Assembly (NCBI RefSeq): GCF_039592695.1
Contig: NZ_JBBUTK010000003.1
Coordinates: forward strand, 564,244-588,243
DNA length: 24,000 nucleotides
From: Allomuricauda sp. d1
GTDB taxonomy: Bacteria > Bacteroidota > Bacteroidia > Flavobacteriales > Flavobacteriaceae
Direction: 5' to 3'
Shown: positions 23,488-24,000 of the stretch, piece by piece
How the letters are laid out: every line of letters begins with the position of its first letter
Position numbering within the stretch: the first letter of the stretch is position 1
The notes under the pieces: generated by a model
Database searches by the model: none
What the model was told of the DNA's origin: nothing
What the model saw: the letters and a program-made list of their open reading frames with translations, nothing else
Program-made: the position numbers and the translations under genes

Positions 23488-24000
23488 ATGAAAGGACTGC
23501 TTAAAACAATTTCGGAAAAAGCTATTGAACTTCAGGATTTTTCATATTCCGAAGAGCAAATCCAGCATAAATGGCTAGGGACAAAACCCGTAACGGAAAA
23601 TGAACTTGAATCAATTGAAAAAAGGTTGGGAATTCAATTACCAGAGGACTATATCAATTTTCTGAAAATAACCAATGGATTTTCAGCTCCAAACCTTGTG
23701 GAACCGACTTTTGAGCCTTTTTGGAAAATTGACTTTCTTAAAGAAGTGGACAACTTCATAATCGAAGTTTGGAAGAAAAATGGACTTACCGAAATTGGAA
23801 AAAATCTTGAAAGCAGCATTATAGTCGGAGGAATTGAAGAAGAACAATACTTTTTACTAATTCCACCCGAAAAGGCAAATGACAACTGGAAATATTGGAA
23901 ATTCAGTTCATGGCAACCAGGGGAGGACGAATATGAAAACCTTCAGGACTATTTTGAAAAGGTTCTGGAATTTACACTTGACGAACTAGAACATAAATAA
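23488..24000 (+). CDS. cassette 4 ORF: SMI1/KNR4 (SUKH-1) family protein, the family used as immunity proteins of polymorphic toxin systems
   Basis: ELESIEKRLGIQLPEDYINFLKITNGF is the hallmark SMI1_KNR4 N-terminal motif, and the size (~170 aa) fits. ATG at 23488, 18 nt after the junction. The TAA stop occupies 23998-24000. No toxin gene is adjacent. Confidence 0.85.
   Translation: MKGLLKTISEKAIELQDFSYSEEQIQHKWLGTKPVTENELESIEKRLGIQLPEDYINFLKITNGFSAPNLVEPTFEPFWKIDFLKEVDNFIIEVWKKNGLTEIGKNLESSIIVGGIEEEQYFLLIPPEKANDNWKYWKFSSWQPGEDEYENLQDYFEKVLEFTLDELEHK

Larger units (their letters stand above)
20017..24000. mobile_element. integron-like cassette platform: tyrosine recombinase, attI-like region and at least 4 directionally inserted cassettes (truncated by the window edge)
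   Basis: The recombinase and array are divergent. Junctions are at 21236 (G|TTAGGC), 22120 (G|TTGTGG), 23117 (G|ATGATG) and 23470 (G|TTGTGG). The first ~10 nt of each unit are the reverse complement of a sequence 3' of that unit's own ORF. The cassette ORFs are visibly AT-rich compared with flanking genes. Confidence 0.7.

Noticed and set aside
20017-24000. Calling the locus a canonical integron (intI + attI + attC)
   Set aside because: The recombinase lacks the IntI-specific insertion between the catalytic boxes and has a different N-terminal module. One junction reads G|AT rather than G|TT, and GTTGTGG does not fit GTTRRRY strictly. I therefore describe it as integron-like, not as an integron.
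20017-24000. Xer/dif-module (pdif-like) interpretation
   Set aside because: pdif modules are bounded by 28-bp XerC-spacer-XerD sites of conserved sequence in alternating orientation. Here the conserved property is hairpin geometry and cassette-specific end complementarity, all in one orientation.

Overview
The gene content, the TAnnTTTG promoter boxes and the protein families suggest a Bacteroidota (Flavobacteriia-like) chromosome. Positions 1-20003 are ordinary, tightly packed housekeeping and accessory-metabolism genes: ribE (3' part), an SSF symporter, a TauE-like permease, tRNA-CAT, methylmalonyl-CoA epimerase, rbfA, a LolE/FtsX-like permease, dusB, an outer-membrane beta-barrel receptor, lepA, a cation:proton antiporter, an MBL hydrolase, S8, M1 and S41 peptidases, and rnpA. 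One oddity sits in this part. A DUF559 endonuclease-like gene, bracketed by G/C-rich palindromes, lies directly upstream of rnpA and reads into it in frame with no stop codon. The stand-out region is 20017-24000. A tyrosine recombinase on the minus strand is followed by a ~150-bp palindrome-rich region and then at least four plus-strand units that behave like integron gene cassettes. Each unit is bounded by a G|TT junction (once G|AT). The first ~10 nt of each unit are the exact reverse complement of a sequence just after that unit's own ORF. Two of the sites are ~130-bp imperfect hairpins that share geometry but not sequence. The recombinase lacks the IntI-specific insertion, so this is not a canonical integron. 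The cargo is two AT-rich unknown proteins, one GC-rich repeat-dense unit without a convincing ORF, and an orphan SMI1/KNR4 (SUKH) immunity-type gene. The closest thing I know of is the recombinase-associated acquired interbacterial defence (rAID) loci of gut Bacteroidales. The site architecture readable here looks like an attC-type single-strand hairpin system used by a non-IntI recombinase. The array runs off the right edge of the window.
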